A stretch of DNA of 64,000 nt, taken from assembly GCA_963812115.1 (NCBI GenBank), contig CAWEUD010000013.1:141590-205589 (forward strand), in the 5' to 3' direction. Each line of letters begins with the position of its first letter. The first letter of the stretch is position 1. Under the pieces are notes generated by a model, which did not search any database, had not been told where the DNA came from, and saw only the letters and a list, made by a program, of their open reading frames with translations. The DNA is from an uncultured Chloroflexia bacterium (GTDB lineage: Bacteria > Chloroflexota > Limnocylindria > QHBO01). The translations under genes and the position numbers were made by a program. Shown here one piece after another: positions 56,686 through 64,000 of this stretch.

Positions 56686-57516
56686 TCAGCCCGTGCTCAG
56701 CGCCCAGGCGGCCGTCCAGGCCACTGCGGCCAGCAGGATCCCGTACCAGAGACGCCGGGCGTCGCCGACGCCCTGCGCCACGGCCAACAGGCCGGCCATG
56801 CCGAGCAGGAGGGCGGCCGTGGAGGTGCGGCCGGCGAGCGTCAGGGCCAGCCCGACCCCGATGCCCACGGCAATCGCCGCTCCCCACGCCAGCCAGATCG
56901 CCCTCGCGCGGCCGATGACCTGGGCCAGGTTGCGTGATCCTGTCTCGCGGTCGATCTCGAAGTCGCGTGCCAGGTTGGCCAGGTGGGCGGCCGCGGCGAA
57001 CGGGGCGACCAGCGGCACCGCCGGCGCTACCCGGCCCAGCTCCACGCCGACACCGGCGGCCACCCAGAGCGGGAGGATGGCGAAGCTGACCAGGTAGGGG
57101 ACCACGGACAGCGGCGTTCGCGACAGCCAGAGGTTGTAGGACAGCGCCGAGAGCGTCGCTGACGCACCCAGCAGCAGCGGCAACGCGCCGAGCTGCAGCG
57201 AGGCGGCGAGCTGCAGCGCCAGGCCTCCCGACGCGACCCAGAGCGCCGCCTCCGGCGACAGGTCACCGGCCGCCAGCGGCTTCGACGTTCGTCCGGTCGC
57301 CTGGTCACGTGCGCGGTCGACGAGGTCGTTGGTCGCGCCGGTGAACACCTGCGAGCCGCCCACCGCGGCGACGGTGGCGATCCAGCGCGCGTCCAGCGAC
57401 CCGTTGGACTGCGTCACCAGGATCGCGCCCAGCGCCGCCGAGAGGAGCGTCACGGCCAGCGCCGGAGCGGGGTGGATCACGCGGACCGCGGCCCACGCCG
57501 TGGAGGCCAGGCTCAT
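56686..57516 (-). CDS. UbiA-family prenyltransferase
   Basis: NDLVDRARD (NDxxDxxxD) motif and 8-9 TM helices. Confidence 0.8.
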   Translation of the reverse strand: MSLASTAWAAVRVIHPAPALAVTLLSAALGAILVTQSNGSLDARWIATVAAVGGSQVFTGATNDLVDRARDQATGRTSKPLAAGDLSPEAALWVASGGLALQLAASLQLGALPLLLGASATLSALSYNLWLSRTPLSVVPYLVSFAILPLWVAAGVGVELGRVAPAVPLVAPFAAAAHLANLARDFEIDRETGSRNLAQVIGRARAIWLAWGAAIAVGIGVGLALTLAGRTSTAALLLGMAGLLAVAQGVGDARRLWYGILLAAVAWTAAWALSTG

Positions 57517-57549
57517 CGGTGCATCCTACGCGGCCGCTACCATGCCCGC

Positions 57550-58821
57550 GTGGAAGGCCAGACGACGATCACTGCCGTCGAGATCTTCGTCGGCCTCGTG
57601 GCCGCGGCGGGACTGATCGGCCTGCTGGCAAGGCGGATTGCCGTGCCGTATACCGTGGCGCTGGTCGTCTTCGGTCTCGCCGCCGCCATCTTCGCCCCGC
57701 AGCTCGACTTCGCGATCACCGAGGAGCTCGTCCTCGTCGTCCTCCTGCCCGGCCTCATCTTCGAAGCCGCCTACAACCTCGACGTCAACGAGCTCCGCCG
57801 TGCCTTCGGCGGCGTGACGCTGCTGGCGGTGCCCGGCGTGCTGCTCAGCGCCCTGGTGGTGGCCGGCATCCTGGCCGTCACGACCGATATCCCGTTCGAG
57901 CTCGGCTTCGTCATCGGCGCGATGGTGGCGGCAACGGACCCCGCCGCCGTCATCTCGACCTTCCGACGCCTGGGATCGCCGAAGCGGTTGGCGACCATGG
58001 TCGAGGGGGAGTCGCTCTTCAACGACGGGACCGCCCTCGTCATCTTCGTCATTGCGCTACGGTTCGTCACCGGCGAGGCATCGCTGCTCGACGGCCTCTG
58101 GACGTTCGTCCTGACCGTGGTGGTCAGCACGGTGATCGGCCTTGCGTTCGGCTTCGTCGCCTCGCGCCTCATCGCCACCGTCGACGACCACCTCGTGGAG
58201 CTCACCATCTCGCTCGCCACCGCCTACGGTGCCTACCTGCTGGCCGACCTGCTGCACGAGTCCGGCATCATCGCGACGGTCGTGGCCGGGCTGACGCTCG
58301 GCAACTACGGGCGCCGGATCGGGATGAGCGAGCGGACGCAGGAAGCTCTGAACACGGTCTGGGAGTTCATCGCGTTCCTGCTCACCGCGCTCGTCTTCCT
58401 GCTCGTCGGCCTGGTGATCACCTTCCCGTCCCTCGTGGAGGCGATTGGACCGATCGCCTGGGGCGTGGCGGCCGTCATGATCGGTCGCGCCCTCGTCGTC
58501 TACCTGCTCCTGGGCGGCACCTCGCACCTCATCGGCGACCGATACCACCCCGCCATCCCCACCCCGTGGCTGCACGTGATGTTCTGGTCCGGCCTGCGCG
58601 GCGCGGTGGCGGTGGCCATGGCGCTCTCGCTGCCCGCCGATTTCCCCCAGCGACTGCTGCTGCAGGAGGTCACGTTCGGGATCGTGCTCTTCACCATGGT
58701 CGTGCAGGGCACGACCATCGGGCTCGTCGTCAGCCGTTCGGGTGCCGGGGCGATCCATGAGCCGCGCACCGTGGAGAGCCGGCGAGCGGAGGTGGAGGAT
58801 CCCCCGGACCTCACGCCCTAG
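57550..58821 (+). CDS. Na+/H+ antiporter (CPA1, NhaP-type)
   Basis: Typical blocks LLPGLIFEAAYNL, ATDPAAV and ESLFNDGTALV. GTG start at 57550 is suggested. Confidence 0.85.
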   Translation: MEGQTTITAVEIFVGLVAAAGLIGLLARRIAVPYTVALVVFGLAAAIFAPQLDFAITEELVLVVLLPGLIFEAAYNLDVNELRRAFGGVTLLAVPGVLLSALVVAGILAVTTDIPFELGFVIGAMVAATDPAAVISTFRRLGSPKRLATMVEGESLFNDGTALVIFVIALRFVTGEASLLDGLWTFVLTVVVSTVIGLAFGFVASRLIATVDDHLVELTISLATAYGAYLLADLLHESGIIATVVAGLTLGNYGRRIGMSERTQEALNTVWEFIAFLLTALVFLLVGLVITFPSLVEAIGPIAWGVAAVMIGRALVVYLLLGGTSHLIGDRYHPAIPTPWLHVMFWSGLRGAVAVAMALSLPADFPQRLLLQEVTFGIVLFTMVVQGTTIGLVVSRSGAGAIHEPRTVESRRAEVEDPPDLTP

Positions 58822-58875
58822 CCGCCTCCGCCGGCCCCGGTTGGCGGCTCACCCCTCGTCCGACGCGTTGCGTGA

Positions 58876-62255
<3,380 letters not shown>

Positions 62256-62465
62256 CTCCCACCGCCGCCTGTCATCCCACTTCAACGAGCGAAAGACCGA
62301 GGCGATCCGCTGCCACCGCGCGTGGGACAGCGACGCCCCGGGCCGCAGCTCCGCCGATTCATCCCTTCCCGAACCGATCGGATCGGGCTCGGCTGAACGG
62401 CATCAGCCCACATCCTGTTTCGAGGTCACTTCCTCCATGAACCACTGCTGGCAGCAGAGCGCGCG

Positions 62466-63927
62466 ATGAGCGACGAGGGACGCTCCCAGCGTCGTAACCG
62501 GCCACGGCGCCGCCAGGACGGCGGATCGCGCCGGCAGCAGCCACGCACGTCGTTCCCGCGACGGCGGAACGACTACGCATCCGGCCAGTACTCGTCGATC
62601 TACTCCGGCCCCTTCCCGACCGACGACGATGCGGACGGCATGAACCTCGCCGACCTCCAGGCCAAGGGCGTGGAGGAGCTGCGGGAGATGGCCGGCGAGC
62701 ACGACATCGAGAACTACGAGGAGCTGGAGCACTCCGACCTGGTGCTGAAGCTGCTCGACGTCGTCCCGCTCGCTCCCGCCCAGAAGCGGGAGCTCGACGG
62801 GAAGCCGGGCGAGGCGACCGGGATCCTGGAGATCGTCGACGAGGGCTTTGGCTTCCTGCGTCGCCACGGCGTGATGCCGTCGAACGACGACATCTACGTG
62901 AGCTCCTCCCAGGTCCGGCGCTTCGGCCTGCGCACGGGCGACAAGGTGACCGGACAGACGCGACCGCCGAAGGACCAGGAGAAGTACTGGGGCCTGCTGC
63001 GGGTGGATACCGTCAACGGGGTCGATCCGGAGACCGCCAAGCGGCGCCCGTACTTCGACACGCTGGTGCCGGTCTTCCCGGACGAGATGTTCGACATCGA
63101 GACCGACCAGAAGAACCTGACGCAGCGGCTGATCAACCTGATCAGCCCCATCGGCAAGGGGCAGCGCGGATTGATCCTGTCGCCGGCGAAGGCCGGCAAG
63201 ACCACCGTGCTGAAGCAGATCGCGCACGGCATCACCGAGAACTACCCGGAGAGCCACCTCATGGTCGCCCTGATCGGCGAGCGGCCGGAAGAGGTGACCG
63301 ACATGCAGCGATCGGTCGAGGGCGAGATCTACGCGTCGACCTTCGATGAGCCGACCGAGAACCACACTCGGGTGGCCGAGATGGCGCTCGAGATCGCCAA
63401 GCGGCAGGTCGAGACCGGCCGCGACGTGGTCGTCCTGCTCGACTCGATCACCCGGCTCGCACGCGCCTACAACCTGGCGCTGCCGGCATCGGGCAAGACG
63501 CTGTCGGGGGGCGTCGATCCCGGTCGCGCTCTACCCGCCCAAGCGCTTCTTCGGCGCCGCGCGCAACATCGAGGGCGGCGGCAGCCTGACGATCATCGCC
63601 ACCTGCCTGGTCGACACCGGCTCGCGCATGGATGACGTCATCTACGAGGAGTTCAAGGGCACCGGCAACATGGAGCTGGCGCTCGACCGCAAGCTCTCCG
63701 AGAAGCGCATCTTCCCGGCCGTGGACGTGCTTCGCTCCGGCACGCGGCGCGAGGAGCTGCTGCTCGACGAGAACTCGCTGCGGATGGTGTGGACCATGCG
63801 CCGCATGCTCTCGGCCGTCGGGCCGAACGAGGGGATCGAGCTGCTCATGCAGCGCCTTGGCAAGACCAAGAACAACGCCGAGTTCCTCGTCTCCCTGTCG
63901 AAGAGCGTCGAAGCCTCCGAGCGCTAG
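62466..63927 (+). pseudogene. rho: transcription termination factor Rho, frame interrupted by one extra C at 63519-63521 (most likely a sequence error)
   Basis: Arg-rich N-terminal extension, Rho_N (LADLQAKGVEELREMA), RNA-binding domain and Walker A PAKAGKTT. After …TLSGGVDP the sense continues in frame +1 ([37 protein letters not shown]…). An alternative start is M at 62639. Confidence 0.9.
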
Positions 63928-63946
63928 ACCGATACCCTCGCGTCTC

Positions 63947-64000
63947 ATGGCTGCCCACGCGTTCGCTCGGCTCACCATCTGCCTCGTGCTGCTCGTGGCG
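63947..64000 (+). CDS. start of an ORF with a signal-peptide-like N-terminus (truncated by window end)
   Basis: ATG at 63947 gives MAAHAFARLTICLVLLVA…. Only 18 codons are visible. Confidence 0.2.
   Translation, partial: MAAHAFARLTICLVLLVA

Overview
This is a high-GC bacterial chromosomal segment. All calls come from reading the supplied ORF translations and the raw sequence; no searches were run.

Several traits look Actinomycetota-like:
- opcA sits next to zwf.
- fabD is followed by two tandem KAS genes, as in the mycobacterial kasA/kasB arrangement.
- There is a MoaX-like MoaD-MoaE fusion.
- Some -10 boxes lie 6-7 nt from start codons, suggesting leaderless mRNAs.
- ATGA/GTGA/TTGA start-stop overlaps are very frequent.

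Layout:
1. 1-6947: oxidative pentose phosphate operon tal-pgi-gnd-zwf-opcA-pgl.
2. 7036-11510: two peptide-type ABC permeases, small proteins and proline dehydrogenase.
3. About 11.5-33.7 kb: a visibly AT-richer Wzx/Wzy-type surface-glycan locus.
   - Core machinery: priming phosphoglycosyl transferase, UDP-glucose dehydrogenase, three glycosyltransferases, flippase, polymerase, and a co-polymerase with a dead BY-kinase domain.
   - Unusual accessory genes: two kinase-like genes and a membrane GGDEF-like protein.
   - Secreted proteins: two beta-helix paralogs and two proteins sharing a propeller-like domain. One of the latter carries a near-identical 670-nt internal duplication.
4. 33.9-47.1 kb: cysS, an MFS-cNMP-binding fusion, NUDIX, fabD plus two KAS genes, an M20 peptidase, a DsrE/TusA pair, and a hydrolase-LuxR regulator.
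5. 47.1-50.7 kb: a repeat-laden divergent control region, then aldehyde dehydrogenase, a Rieske protein, a membrane protein and moaD-moaE.
6. 50.7-64 kb: a P-loop kinase, agmatinase, a pseudouridine kinase/glycosidase pair, UbiA, a Na+/H+ antiporter, pyrG, an HExxH peptidase and rho.

I recognised no rRNA, tRNA, CRISPR array, transposase or integrase.

The candidate for novelty is the glycan island and its unusual accessory genes.

Ten apparent single-nucleotide frameshifts fall in two roughly 2-kb patches, 48.5-50.4 kb and 61.4-63.6 kb. One of them hits rho, so sequence error is at least as likely as real pseudogenisation.
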